Of a stretch of DNA of 40,840 bases, positions 13,433 through 26,566 are shown one piece after another. The stretch's first letter is position 1. Each line of letters starts with the position of its first letter. The translations under genes and the position numbers were made by a program. Under the pieces are notes generated by a model. That model saw only the letters and a list, made by a program, of their open reading frames with translations. It was not told where the DNA came from and ran no database searches. The DNA lies in NCBI GenBank assembly GCA_002104905.1, contig MCFE01000739.1, positions 1-40,840 of the forward strand. Reading direction: 5' to 3'. The DNA comes from Basidiobolus meristosporus CBS 931.73. Taxonomy: Eukaryota; Fungi; Basidiobolomycota.

Positions 13433-14363
13433 ATACCTTATGGCATAAGTTACCCCTCACTTTATGTAAGATTACTAGCTATAGGTGCTTCTATATTGGG
13501 AAAGTACCTGCACCGGTTCCCATGACACATGATCAACCCATGTCACCTTCCCTGCCATTTCCATACCATATATGGTATCCCTATGTTACACAGGTTTCAG
13601 AGTACTGATTCCTGATTGGTTGGATGAGCAGTGCCTCTTAGAACCTTCTGGCACCTACTTAGAGCATTCTTAGGTCATTCTGTTGTCATTAAGATTTCTA
13701 TTGATATCTGGAATCTTCTGTAACACCATGATTAGTAATTACTTAGCCAGTAAGTAAAGTATATAAGGGAGGCTATCTCTCAACAATAAATCATCATCCC
13801 ATTTATCAATATACCAACTTATTGATTAGTGTGATCACTGCTACCTGCTGCTACCTGCTGCTACCTGAACTTCCAACCCTAGACCACAGGACACTCCCAG
13901 GAAACCATGCTGACAGCCAACTGACATTGGAGGCTCTACTTGTGAGGAATACTCAGAGTAGGTATCTTTTATTATATTTGACTCTTTCCCAAACATGTTC
14001 TTATACAGGCAAAGATACTTTTCTGTCTTTGTAACTATTGACCACAGCTGCATTCTTATCAAGTCCCTGCTGGTGGAGTTTACAGTTGTTTTGACTTTGG
14101 AAGCTTTAGTACATTGTCATCTCAAAGGATGCTGAGCCCTGCACACACTTTTGTTAAGACACCAACTAAGTTGGGGATTGTAGCTCAATAGTTTTTCCTT
14201 GACAAGCTTGTGGCTTTATTTCCCATCACATTAGATTAGAGACAGAACCCAAGTATTCCTAGCAAGCTTTTGTTAGAGGTTGTTGCACCCAGTGAGCACC
14301 CCACACACAAAACACTTGAGAATTGCTGAACCTATCTCTCCCTTGGACCTATACACCACCACA
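13433..14363 (+). mobile_element. LTR family B, 5'-truncated by about 155 bp, abutting the pol remnant
   Basis: Reverse-complement match to 3974-~4910. Ends ...TATACACCACCACA. No TSD pair visible. Confidence 0.88.
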
Positions 14364-14959
14364 ATGGTCTCTGGATGGTGTCCTGATGGGATCAGTACCT
14401 TTTAGTCATGGAACTTTGAATTTGTGACAGCCTTTTGATGGGATCATTACAATCATTCTGATAGGGGATGCAGTGTATGTGATCTGAAAGTGAGAGAAAT
14501 GGCAGAGAACCTATCAAACACAACTGAGGAACTATTGTGATGAAAATATGTAAGTTTTTTTATGGGATAAGAGGTTTTTGGTATCAATACCTCTCAGTCA
14601 CAGGATTCAAAGCTTACAACAGCATTTGGATGGGAACATCAACATTACTTTTATATGGCCAATGGATGTATGTTATATATTAATTTACCCTTGCATGGGG
14701 ACCATCCATGACAATACCAACAGTACTTTTAGCCAAAGTACAACAGATCAATCAGGCAAGCTCTCTGCAAAAGAGTGCAACCAAAAACTGGAAGAAATTC
14801 AGAGGGGCCAGCAAGGAAAGTTTGGCACTCTAAAATGCCAAAAACAATATCCCCATAAGAAGCTGAGTGGATATTAGCTTTTTAAAAAAGTTTGAGATTG
14901 GGAAAAATATGTTTGTAAATAATCCAGTTATCATAACAAAATAGGTAGATAAAAAATTA

Positions 14960-15889
14960 CAAAGCCACCAAATAATATTGGAACAGTATGTGTAGAAGAT
15001 ATTATAATATCATACCGCAACCCTTCCATCTATGTCAATTACCACATAAAATAATCAGGCAAAAGATAGCTGAACTACCCAACATAATAGGAGTGTCAAA
15101 ATAAATAGTTTATCATCTATTGTAATTGGTTGTGTAACGCCAGAAACTCCTGAAACAAGAGTAATAAGAAATATATTACTGCTAACTGTATTTGTGGTTA
15201 GAATTCCTCCATGACCTTTTAAATTGGCCTTGATACTTACTCTTTTATTGGGGAGAGTTGTCCCAATAGAGACAATTGTTAATCCAGTAACAGTATCAGA
15301 AATACCAAAAAGTTTAGCAAAATAGACAGAAGATTTAACAATAAGCCAACCACATAAAGAGGCTAAAATAGGCCCAAATAAAATGGTTAATACACAAATA
15401 TACGTTTTTTTGGTTGTTGCACATTCAAGTGGTTACTGGAACCATCATCAGAATTGCTGACAGAGTTGCTTTAACTGTCAGAATCCTCTGGGGAATCAAG
15501 CAGTCCTTTGTAAATACATTTAGCAATGGTAATAATGTACATAACAACAAGTATTTTAAGAAGCCAACCTAACACTTGATCAACAGTATTTGTAAAAATA
15601 ATCAAGATGTTAAAAGTGAAATAAAACGCATAATACAAGAATAAGTTCTTGAGCTTCTATCAACAATTACTAAAGGTTTCAAAAACAAACCCAAACAGAA
15701 AGTACCAAGAATATTTGCCGTGATGGATCCAATATTATTTCCAATGGTCAAACCATTATATCCTTTCATCAAAGTAATAACAACAACAAGCACAAAAACC
15801 AAAGTAACAAGGCATCCAAGCTGCATATACAATGGCATGGTTCTTACAAGATCAAATATTAAAGTAAAAAAAGATTTTATAACCAGCAA
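14960..15889 (-). pseudogene. Na+/Ca2+ (CaCA superfamily, YrbG-like) exchanger pseudogene
   Basis: Alpha-1 repeat KGYNGLTIGNNIGSITANILGTFCLGLFLKPL. Alpha-2 repeat KSSVYFAKLFGISDTVTGLTIVSIGTTLP ... KANLKGHGGILTTNTVSSNIF. C-terminal FDTPIMLG..RWKG..YL. Stops and frameshifts present; N-terminus not recognisable. Confidence 0.8.
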
Positions 15890-16469
15890 AGCTTAGCTGT
15901 GCATTAATTGCACTTGCACAACCTGGCAATATATTCAAGAAGCTCTATGTTGGGAGTAATAATGAGGGCAATATTTATCAAAACTAGGGGAGACTTGTGA
16001 TGCTAGTGAGTTTTCCATTTCTACAATACCTCAGGACCAGTATTGCATTATTTTCTTTATTTTGCCTTTTGCTATTGGATCATACAAATGAAAGCTCAAA
16101 AATTATAACTCAGAAGGATAAATGGTTATAACTCTGAATATCAACTCATCTGAGAGAATTATTTTTCTATCAATCACATTGTGACCTATATATACTTCAA
16201 GTTACAGCTCATATGAGGCAGTACCTGAAGAGTTTTGATCAATGGAGACAAATAATGGAATAAACTAGCGCTCTTTTGGTAGATTGCTTTGATGATTTTG
16301 CTTACCAGTAATTTTTGGTCATGCTTGTCAAATCATATGCATTTTGACAGGTGCTGAGCCAATGGTTGATCAGCAAGACTCTAATTTGATAGCTGTTTAT
16401 TTTATATATTGCATGAGCAATTGCCCAAAAGCTTTGACACCTTAGAAATTGGATATATTAACTCTCTTA

Positions 16470-16900
16470 GCAGGGGACCAAAGTGAGAACCTAACTCTGC
16501 AAAGTCTCTACAATGGATTTACAAGAAAGAAGTTTTTGAGACTTCCCCTGAATCACTTGTGCTGTTGAGTATCCATGTTTGAGTATCACACTATCATAGA
16601 CAAGTCTGCCAAGCTAACCAACCAGATTATGGAAGCCCTCTAAGAGTGTACATTCTTTAAGGACACCCTGCCAGTCTCCTCTGTGGTCAAAAGTCTCCTT
16701 CACAGACCCATTTAAGAGACCTTGTAGGCACTCCATTGGTGGAAAGCTCCTTTAGAGACCACTTTGAAACACCCTTAGATCAAGGTGGAGCCAGCAATTC
16801 CAAACAAGGAAGATATGTATCAGAAAGAAAAGGGACTTCCCAATCAGGAAAACTTACAATAAGATTCAATAAGCCCAATAGTCAACAAAAGGTCCAAATG
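16470..16900 (+). pseudogene. Possible highly decayed retrotransposon gag remnant
   Basis: A plus frame with stops reads KFLRLPLNHL..SMFEYHTIIDKS..TFFKDTLP, loosely resembling a Ty3 capsid pattern. No LTR or PBS found. Confidence 0.3.
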
Positions 16901-17049
16901 CTGCTGTAGAAGTGAGAAAACTGCCTACTGTATATGTTGAGCCTAAGATTAAGAATATTTTAAGAGTTGTATCTTCTAATGGTGTATCAAGCTTGCAATA
17001 AAATATTGCAGTATAAGCATACTGGAGGTTATTGTATGTTATTGATTAG

Positions 17050-18682
17050 CCTTTACATTGTAGAAGAAGCCCCAAACAAATCATAATTCTAGGTAACATT
17101 TCTCCACAAACTCATATACCTTGCTAAAGGGTGGCTCAGCTGGCTGAGCTTCCAACTCTTGCAAAAACCGCTATCTTAATGTTAGTAATTCTTCTAGGCT
17201 ATAATGGAATTCAGTCTGCTCCAGGTTTACAGCATTAATTGGCAAGAACTGCAGATTTTTTCTTATGCTTCCCTGTCTCTGGCTTGGGTGGACTTTGTTC
17301 CCTTAACCTTTTCCTTTATTGCTGCCAGGTGTTTCACTGTTACTTTGTCTGAGTTCTTTGTGTATTGAACTACAATTTTTCCTTGATACATGCTGCTCTG
17401 ATGCATCTGTTCCAGCCTTCTTGTCTCTTTCTGGCACTCCATGAGTAGCCCAATGCTTGTTTTACACTTGTTTTGGGCTCTCAGCCCATGCTGTGACAGG
17501 CTGCTGAGGTAGCTGCATGTACTTATCTCTGTCTGGTTGTTCACTGCTACTTTGACTGAGTTGTTCTTGAGTGGATTTATGCTTTTTCCTTGGAAGATGT
17601 TATGCAGGTGCATATGTCTCTGCCTGCTTTCCCCTTGTTGGCACTCTTTCAGATACATGATGTCTCTTTGATGCTTGTTTGGAGCTTTTGGTGCTGCTTA
17701 TAATTGGCCCTTGGGGAAGCCACTGGTTCTTAGCCATTGCACACTTGTACTCCTGCCTTTGATAGTTTCTGCTATTCTTGAGATACTTTCTTACCATACT
17801 AATGCTGGCCCAAAATCTGTTTGCTTGTTTCAATCCCAGACAGTGCTTATGGAGCAAGACAAGCACATTCAGCTTGGCCTTGAGCTCCTAATACACCCAT
17901 GGTACACTGGCCTCAAGGTGTAGGTGTTCTAGACTTCTCAAGGCCACTTAAATACTAGCTCACTCTTCAGCATTGCACTCAACCACTTGCAGATCTTCAA
18001 TGTCTTATGATTTTTAGGCTTTGATGTAAACACTGCATTTTCTCCCTCCAATGCAGTGATAAACTTTTCTCTGGGCTTTATCTTGCGGCACTGCTGTTTT
18101 GATGCAGAGACTGTGTGGTGTGCCACTGCTGTTACATTGTGAAATGGCTCAAATCTTGGCTGTGACATTGAGCCACTCAATTCCTTCTTTGCAGTAAAGA
18201 TACTGCTTACTCTATCTAGGATATTGATTATTCTACCTGTATCATCTGCTTATACTGTATCGGACTCTGTCCTGATTTCTTGGGGCTATTGCATCTATTC
18301 TTTCAGCCACTGCACATAGTTGCCTGATTAATGCTCTGGTATGAGCTGACATAACACTTGCTACTACAGGTGGTGGTGATATTATGATGGCCACTTGCTG
18401 GTCTTTGACTCAATGTACTGCATTAGCTATATTCTCATCTGTCTAGGCATTATGGCCAGCTTGTGGCTCTACAGAGATTCCCAATTGCCTACCTGACTGA
18501 GTGCCTGAGTAGTCCACAATATTACCTTCTATAGGCAAACTGTCCACATGGCCTTTTTAGGTTGTAGCCCTACTTGTTGCACTAAATATCATAAACAAAC
18601 TGTTATCCAACCATTCTTCTGCTGCTGACAGCAGTAGGGTTTGGTTGGGAGCCAGATAACTTTGCTTTATTTTTGGCAACAT
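17050..18682 (-). pseudogene. ORF2 of the EnSpm-like element, copy 3
   Basis: ORFs 17263-17658, 17600-17866 and 17938-18180 are homologous to ORF2 copy 2, in the same orientation. Confidence 0.7.
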
Positions 18683-19926
18683 GTTTATGGAAGTGAGTCA
18701 AACCAAAGGGGAGTTGAAGTTTCACACTTGTGTGTACATGGTGTGACAGCTCTATTTATAGTGCCTGCTATGGCAGGCCATCATTGAATCTTTCAATCAT
18801 GTGGGTGCAATGTTTCAAATGCAATACTGTCTCAAATTCACATGAGTACTGACAAAATATTGATAAATTAGCATTATGTTATTGCTTATCAAACTGCTTA
18901 CCCCATGGTAAAGACTACTTTAATTCAACACCATCAGAGAAAAGAAAAAGAGCATGTGGCTGCTGTAGCAAGCTGCTCAGCCATGAAGCACACAGACAGC
19001 ATAGGAAGTATTACCAGAATCATTGCCATGATTTAGCCACACAAGTCATATTTGACCATTCACCAGTCACTACTGTACCAAAAATATCTTGCCAGCTACC
19101 TGAGACCTATATAACAGCACCTAGCTGCACTAAGCAAAGCAGATCATTTTGACTGATATCAGTGCTAGGGGCTTTAGGGATTTACTAATACTTCTTGCCA
19201 AAGCATCCTTGATTGCAATCTACCATGTACATGGTATAAATGAACAACTCTCATGTGGCTGGCAAGATATGACCCAGACACTGTCCTGATACCAGCATGT
19301 GTTAGCAGCTGTGTGGCATTCTCACTGGAAAATGCCTCCATTGTAAGGTGTCCAACTTGTCAGGAATCCCCAACTATTTGGGGAGAGCATTATTCACACA
19401 CTGGATATATTCCTAAAATACTCCATCTAAGAAGCTGATGCAGTATGACAAATATTGTGAAGCTATAAAGTACTGCACTCCATATCAATCAAGCATAAAC
19501 ATATTCAATGTGTTAGATGGCAAATATTACAAACATCTAAGCAACAAGGGCTACTTTAACGGTGTGCATGACTGTGCCTTTGCCTTGGCACTTGACAGAT
19601 CTCATTAAGCAAGTACTCTACCAGCAAATCCTGCTGTCCACTAATTCTTGTCTACCTGAATCTCCCACAGAAGTCAGTATACAATTGCAGCAAAGTCCGC
19701 AAGTTATAAGTCATTGGCTGGAATTTGGAATCAATTGGAAATTAGATATACTTAAGATAGAGGGTATCTGTTGGAGCAAAAGCTTTACACCAGGAGCAAT
19801 GCATTAGCATTTCAACAATATCCTATACTGATGACCAAGGTGTAAATGAGGCATTTCAGGCTACAAGAGCCCTTGGCAAACCTGCAGAAATTTGAAAGAA
19901 TTGGCAAGATATTACAGAGTATCTGC

Positions 19927-20637
19927 TGTGGTAATGTATAAGTCCAAGGGAGAGATATGTCCAACACTTTGCAAGTGTTCTGGGTGAGGTGATCCCTTGG
20001 TGCAATTGTTGTTATCTGCCGCTTGAATGCTTAAGCTAGATCAGTTTTTAGTCAAATCAATTAGCTATATGTTTAGGTTATCAGTATATCAGTGTTACTA
20101 ATCAAATCAGTAGCATTAGTCAGCAAATGAATCATCAGATCCTTTTCAGCCAGACATAGTTATATTAGGTAGGATCTTATTGGGTGATGATGATGCAATC
20201 AAATCAGGCATCAGCCACAGCCTACATTAGGAAATACAATTAGTCAGCAATTGATCTGGCAATATGTATGTAAGGAGCTGGTGGAATCTCAACAAAGATC
20301 AGTTCACATTTTGGTTAATACAATACTAGCTAAACTCCCTATTCCTCTACAACTATTAAACGAAGACTTGTAACACAATAACCTCAGGCAAAAGCTTGCT
20401 AGAGATACCTGGGTTCTGTACTACTTGAATGTGAAGAGGAACGGAGCCACAAGCTTATCAATGGAAAACTACTGAGATACAATCCCCAACTTAGTTGTCA
20501 TCTTGCCAAAAGTATGTGCTGGGTTCAGTGTCCTTTGAGATGAAAATGTACTAAAGCTTCCAAAGCCAAAACAACTGTAAACTCCACCAGCAGGGACTTG
20601 ATAAGAATGAAGTGGGTGTCACTGTGACCCCTCTGCA
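19927..20637 (-). mobile_element. Solo LTR family B with a large internal deletion, carrying a nested LTR-C
   Basis: Ends TGTGGTA...CTCTGCA. Flanks CTGC / CCAC are both one CpG transition from CCGC. Confidence 0.85.
20007..20375 (+). mobile_element. Solo LTR family C nested in LTR-B
   Basis: TGTT...TGTAACA ends. 4-bp TSD CAAT at 20003-20006 and 20376-20379. Confidence 0.92.
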
Positions 20638-22289
20638 CCACTACCTTAAGTACCTCTCACAGGTGCCAATCAACATTCATACTCATACACAACAATACAA
20701 GTGCAAGGACTGGATGAGCTGGATATGTATGTATTCATGTGGTCTTCAGAAGCCATTTCTACCAACAGTACATTGGAAGCATTGGGAGTCATATGTGGAC
20801 ATTGTAGATATATTTGTCCAGAATCAGATAACAAATGTCAACTTGATACACTTACAGGTTTGTGCAAAGAGTTTGTGAGAGGATTTGAGAAGCTATACTA
20901 CAAACATAAAGCTGAATGCATAGATCTCTGCCACTACTGCATCCATTTGCTACTCCATCTTACTTGGTGTGTTGAGAATAATGGGCCTTGCTTCACCTTT
21001 AGGGAGTTTCCTATGGTGTGACTGTGTGGGGAGAAAGAAAGACAAGTAAAGTGCAAGTACCACCATATCCCAATGTCATCATGAATATTACCTTTAAGTC
21101 TGTCATGGATGTGATAAGTAGGCACATGGGGGATAGCCAGAAAGAGTTAGAAAGCACTGAGGACAGATATGCACTTGGAGGCACACACACCTATGACATT
21201 AAGAAGCTAAGCCACCCCAATGTGCAGGTAATCAGTTAAGTAATGCAAATTTGGGATGGGTGCAACAAGCAACTAAGTTTTATCAGGAAAACTTTACCAA
21301 AGTATGCCTGGTTTCTCTTGGTTACAAGCCAATTGCTTCACCATTGAATACTAAGTTCACACAAATAGCCGCCTGAGTGCACCTATTAGGGGAACCAGAA
21401 TCCTGCACAGAGAGGGAATATACTAGCTGAATATCAAAAAGTTCTTTGCAGATATTGAAGAGGTAGTCATGGCTGAAGTGGAGGCAACCTAGCACATGTT
21501 TGCAAGATGTATATGCCATCATCAACACAAGATATATGGCAACTTTGCAAGTATCACATTAAGAAGCCATAACATTAAGGTGATAAAAGTATGTCAATTG
21601 CAGCAGGTATGCACATTTGCAGTGGACAGTAAGCAGGAGGCCATAATATTTTCTGATGTAAGCTACGTGTGCAATACCTAAGGTGGTGGGGGGTAAGCAC
21701 ATCAAAAGGGGTAACTCTACAGTGGAATATTTGAGTTACTCAAGGGGAGGTAGAAAAGGAAACACCATTTGGCAAATTAGTACAGTAGCATTATACAAAA
21801 CTAGCTCTAGGCTGCCATACTTCAGCTATAATAACATTAGAAGCCAATAATGAGGCTGTCACGACACTGTCTAGATCTTGCCATATAAGGTAATTGGGTG
21901 TACAGACTGGTTAGATACACTTAGGTAGTTGTAGAGCACACTCAGACCACAACACCACCATGCCACCCTTGGCAAAGTTTTGTACAAACACTATTATGTT
22001 TTTGACTTTATTTGGCTGTCAAATTGGTCAAATGCTGTTGTGATTCTGTCTTAAGTTTGTGTAGAGGGTCATTACTTCCAAGCTGCTGTCTTTTAGCAGT
22101 CTTTCAATTGCATCTTGATGGCTAATCCAAACTGGACCTGCCTGCAGGTCAACATTATTTTGATTAGGATTTACAGTCAAATAAAGTTAACAAATATAAA
22201 AGTGTTTGCACAGTGTTTTGCAACACCCTCCACATCCTCCATTGTTGTCATAATGGAGATCCTGCTATCAGATAGAGTAACTATGTCAA

Positions 22290-22930
22290 GAACTTAACAG
22301 GTTATCACAATGCACTCAGTGGAGTTTTGGAGCATTAGTGAGCACACCAAGAGGTTGAGCACTTTTTAAGAGCAGTGCCCAAGAAAACTCACCTGAATAT
22401 TGCAAGGATTTATTGCAAAGACTGGCAGATGAGGTGCTAAACCTTGCAGTGCCAGCTGAAGACTAGGACATGTGGGAACAACTAAATGAATATGGGGACC
22501 AGTGAACAAACATTGGCATAAAGCCAAAGGGTTCCTGTCAAAGTCATGAACACAGAGCATCACAGCAGAAATACTAATTAAGTGCTGGATTTTAGCAGAG
22601 TCACCTGTTGAGTATGGAGTTGCGCTAATTATTATTGTAGGGTGTAGGGACTTGTATAGGCCAATACAATTAGCAGTTGAGGTACAATTGAAGTTTCAAC
22701 AGAAATAAATCAAGTTGTAAGCATGAAAAGTAACAGAGATAGTTGAGGCAGGAAGTAAGGAGTATGAAAAAGAGGCAATAACAAATCAATGCATATAACT
22801 ATAGGGGGTGATGGAGTATCCATGACAAGAAAGTGATGACATTGGCAGAGAACCAATCAGAAGCCACTTTCAAATTGTTGTGATGAAAATTTCTGAATAA
22901 GGTTTTTTGTGAAATGAAAATTTTAATATG
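22290..22930 (+). repeat. EnSpm-like element fragment: ORF2 3' end plus downstream non-coding arm
   Basis: 22370-22560 is nearly identical to 5990-6180. 22565-22900 is the inverted counterpart of 23390-23500 + 29546-29775 and also matches 36170-36420 and 14460-14560. Confidence 0.8.
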
Positions 22931-22954
22931 ATTCAAGTAGCTCCACTGAAGGCC

Positions 22955-23245
22955 TGAAGCTGAATGCCACAATATCTGCTACTGCTGTGTTCATTTTCCA
23001 CTCTAACTTGCTTAGCAAGTAGGGAACAATGAGCAATGCTTCACCCTTTGAGAGTTTCCCATGGCATGGATATGTGGAGTGGTAGGAAGCAGAACCCAGT
23101 CACACATACAGCCATATCCAAGCTTCATCCTTAAGATTACCTTCAAGTCCCTCATAGATTTGACAAGCTGACAAATACAACATTGCCTGGAAGAGCTCAA
23201 GAAGCAATGAACACAGTAATAAATGGAGACACCTTTACCTTTGCC
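22955..23245 (+). pseudogene. Strongly diverged EnSpm-like transposase fragment
   Basis: Aligns to 10140-10450 (CFT..EFPM.W.CG..G; ITFKS). Confidence 0.6.
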
Positions 23246-23865
23246 TCTAAGAAGCTACACTATGAAATGTAATTGTGAAAATCCCGTCAACTGAATGTTG
23301 CAAATTGAAATTCTGCAAATAAGAAGTATTGATTTCATCAGGGAACTATGCTAAGGCTGTTCAAAAAATAGCCCCTCATATTTCACAAAATTTGATCCAA
23401 ATTTTTCATCACTACAATACATAAGTGGCTTTTGGTCAGTTCTCTGCCAATTCTGTCAGCTTTCAATCTCCAGCAGTTGGTCACCTCCTATTTTTGGTAT
23501 TGCTATGATCTACTACTTGAATGTTTAAGTTTGATCAGTTTCAGTCAAGTCAATTAGTTGTATGCTTAGCTTATCAGTAGATCAGTATTATCTATCAGGT
23601 TAGTAGCATTAGTCAGCAAATAAATCAGCAGATTCTTATCAAACAGAAATAGAGATATTCAACAGGATCTTATTGGGTGATGATGATGCAATCAAATGAG
23701 TCTTCAGCCACAGCCTGCATTAGGAAATACAATTAGTCAGCTATTGATCTGGGAAAATGTATACAAGGAGCTGCTGGAACCTCAATAAAAATCAGATCAA
23801 GTTTAGTGAATACAACACTAGCTAAACTCCCATTCCCTGCAACTCTTATGCCAAGACTTGTAACA

Positions 23866-23876
23866 TTGATAGCAGC
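23866..23876 (+). promoter_or_regulatory. Putative primer-binding site (tRNA-iMet 3'-end type, one mismatch)
   Basis: TTGATAGCAGC directly after the 5' LTR resembles TGGTAGCAG. Confidence 0.5.
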
Positions 23877-23959
23877 AATAACCAGAAACCTCCCTTCTGA
23901 AGAAAGAAGAAGCCTCCCTCAAGATGTCCAAAAATCAAGAATGGAAGAATGCTAAGCAA

Positions 23960-24830
23960 CAAATCCTGGCCCAGCAGCAACTGTTACTCTAGATCCTTAG
24001 TCAGCAGCAACAAGGAATGACTACCATTGCCCAAAGCCAGCAAAGCTCTGTTAAGAGCAACTTTAGTGCAAAGATCAACCGGTACCATGGTACAATCAAT
24101 GAAAACCTGGGGGCTTGGCACTTCCAGATTGAAGTAGCTTCCAAGGCTAAAAGAATTGCAACAGAAAGCAAGTTACATGATGGAGCCTCTTACCTGGCAG
24201 ATGCAGCTCTGCAGGGGTACCACAACAAGATCAGGTCAGCCACCATAATGGGATTCTCTACAACCTCTACCAGGAATGAGTTTGTGTTGGAAATTCAGGA
24301 TGCCTTTGAACCCCCACACCAACAGATACTACTAAGAAGAAAGTTGAAGACACTCAGACAGAAAGGAATGGTCCAAGAATACATCTATGAATATATATGT
24401 CTATTTGGACAAATTGAAAGAATGAACCCTGTGGATCAAATTGAATACTTTATTGATGGGTTGAAAGAAAGTACTCAAGGAAGTGAACTATTGAAGACCT
24501 CAGACATATTGTAGAAGCCATCAAGATTGCCATTGACTTTGAGTCAGCTGTGTTTTGAGTTGGGAAGCCCTCAATCACTAATCAGAGAGCCTACAATCAC
24601 TATGAAAGAAGACAATAAAAAGCAGTGCTAATGGAAATATATGCTATGCAGAAGAATCCTATCTTAGAAGAATGTAAGAAGAAAGGACTTTGCATTATTT
24701 GCCACCAGCAGGGACTTATTGCAAAGTGCTGCTCTCAGAGTAGAAATGAACAACAGCTATCAAGAAACTTTAATCATATTGAAGCCCTGGAGCATAGTAA
24801 CATGACGGATGAACTGAAGAAGACCTGAGG
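23960..24830 (+). pseudogene. Ty3/gypsy gag remnant
   Basis: LRRKLKTLRQKGMVQEYI..F..IE.MNPVDQIEYFIDGLK capsid pattern. Degenerate CCHC knuckle CIICHQQGLIAKC. Confidence 0.82.
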
Positions 24831-25852
24831 CTCACCTTCCAAATGACAGAAGAATACCTATTGCAGATGACCTCAAACTCAGGAAAGCTATTATACTTGA
24901 ATGGAGTAATCAATGGAGTACCTGCCAAGGTCATAATTGACTCAGAAGCATTGCATGAATACATATCAGAGTAAATTGCTTTGAAAGCTGGAATTAACTC
25001 AGAACCCACCAAATCAACTTCAGTCTCAACAGCTGATGGGAACACTCACATAATCAGCAGTACTGCTCAGCCAGTAAGGATCAAAAACAATGACTATGAA
25101 GAAGATCTACAGGCCTATATATTTGGGAACTGCAAGTTTGCCCCTGTACTGAGGATAACCTGGCTATTTGATGTAATCCATCAATCAACTGGAGAACCCA
25201 TGCTACTGAGATCCAGAAGGAGAACAAGACCTATGAGCTATTACCTGCCAGACTGGATATTAACTTGGTCAATTCCAGTGTGTGTGAAACAAGTGAACTT
25301 AGCAAGACACTGTTCAGTAGAGAACTACGAAAAGGCACCCAGATGTTCCTCATGGCAGTATTACCAGATGATTCCTCTGCTCCAGTTCCCCAGAAGGTCC
25401 AGACTCTTTTGAAGGAATATTCAGACATATTTCCAGATGACTTGTAAGCCTACCACCAGTCAGAGACATGGGTCATGCCACTGAAACAGGTGATAGCCCT
25501 CCAGTGAGTAATACACCTCACAGAATGAGTCCATTGGAGTTGGAAGAGATGAAGAGACAAATAGATCAGTTACTGCAACAAGGATATATCAGACCCAGCA
25601 AGTCACCTTGGGGATCACCAGTACTTTTTGTGAAGAAGAAGGATGGAACACTAAGAATGTGCATTAACTACAGAGCTCTCAACTCAGTCAACATGAAGAG
25701 TAAGTACCCCCTAACTTCAATTGATGAGCCTTTGGGCCAACTCAATGGAGCCACTATTTTTAGCAAGATTGACCTCATATCAGGATACAACCAGATTAGG
25801 GTGAAGCCAGAAGACATCCCTGGGACAGCATTCAGGACCAGCTATGGACATT

Positions 25853-26566
25853 GGACTTGTTCTGTTGGATAGTGCCGCATTGAGCCATGAGTGCCAAATG
25901 ATGCCATAGTGTGCCAAGGAGGCCAAGTGAGCCTATACCTTGCCACAGAGTGTGAAACACAGCTCTGCATCTTCATGCAAAGCAGCCCCTGTGTTTCACC
26001 CATTGAGCTGGAGAAAATCCATTTTTTGACCTTTTTTTTGATTCAATGTTGAGCAGGATGTGTCAGAGCTCAAAAAGATTGAAGACATGCATTGGGAACT
26101 CAATACCCATGGCACTCTGAATCTAGCTCCTGTAGCTTGTATCATTTCACAAAAATGCATGGCACTGTCTTGGTCCACTGGTACTCTCAGGCACTATACT
26201 TAAATATTAGCCCTAAAGTAGAACCAATATAACGCACTTATAGTGCCAGATTGTACCAGTGAACCAAGATAGTGCCATGCATTTTTGTGGCATGATACAA
26301 GCCACTGGAGCTAGATTCAGAGTGCCATGGGTATTGAGTACCCAATGCATGTCTTCAATCTTTTTGAGCTCTTACACATCCTGCTCAACATTGAATCAAA
26401 AAAATGGTCAAAAAATGGATTTTCTCCAGCCCAATGGGTGAAACACAGGGGCTGCTCTGCATGAAGATGCAGAGCTGTGTTTCACACTCTGTGGCCAAGT
26501 ATAGGCACACTATGGCATCATTTGGCACTGATGGCTCAATGTGGCACTATCCAATGGAACTGATCT
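25853..26566. mobile_element. Foldback MITE, copy 1 (714 bp; ~330-bp inverted arms, ~40-bp spacer)
   Basis: Near-perfect palindrome. ATT duplicated at 25850-25852 and 26567-26569. Excision restores the RT frame GGA CAT TAC AAG (G-H-Y-K). Confidence 0.92.

Larger units (their letters stand above)
18905..21975 (+). pseudogene. EnSpm/CACTA-like transposase, copy 3, with internal deletions (~19130, ~19650) and a nested LTR insertion
   Basis: Colinear with copy 2: PACVSSCVAF..CPTC, GAMH, WMSWICMYS, GPCFTFREFPM, FARCICH. Confidence 0.82.

Noticed and set aside
14364-14380. ATGGTCTCTGG after LTR-B as a tRNA-Tyr-like PBS, implying a 5' LTR or a tandem element
   Set aside because: Only about 7 nt plausibly match, and no gag follows. 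It cannot be distinguished from chance flanking sequence without the host tRNA set.
14578-14877. 99-aa ORF and alternative frames next to the exchanger pseudogene (one with an FTLAWGP MFS-like word)
   Set aside because: No extended motif support and internal stops in the suggestive frame.
23405-23420. CACTACAA motif as a CACTA terminal inverted repeat
   Set aside because: Homology among the three arm copies (14540, 22885, 23405) continues beyond the motif (ATTTTCAT), and no TSD is seen, so the true termini could not be defined.
25853-26566. CRISPR-like or ncRNA interpretation of the AGTGCC-rich palindrome
   Set aside because: There is no regular repeat-spacer periodicity, and the TIR/TSD structure and second copy explain it as a MITE.
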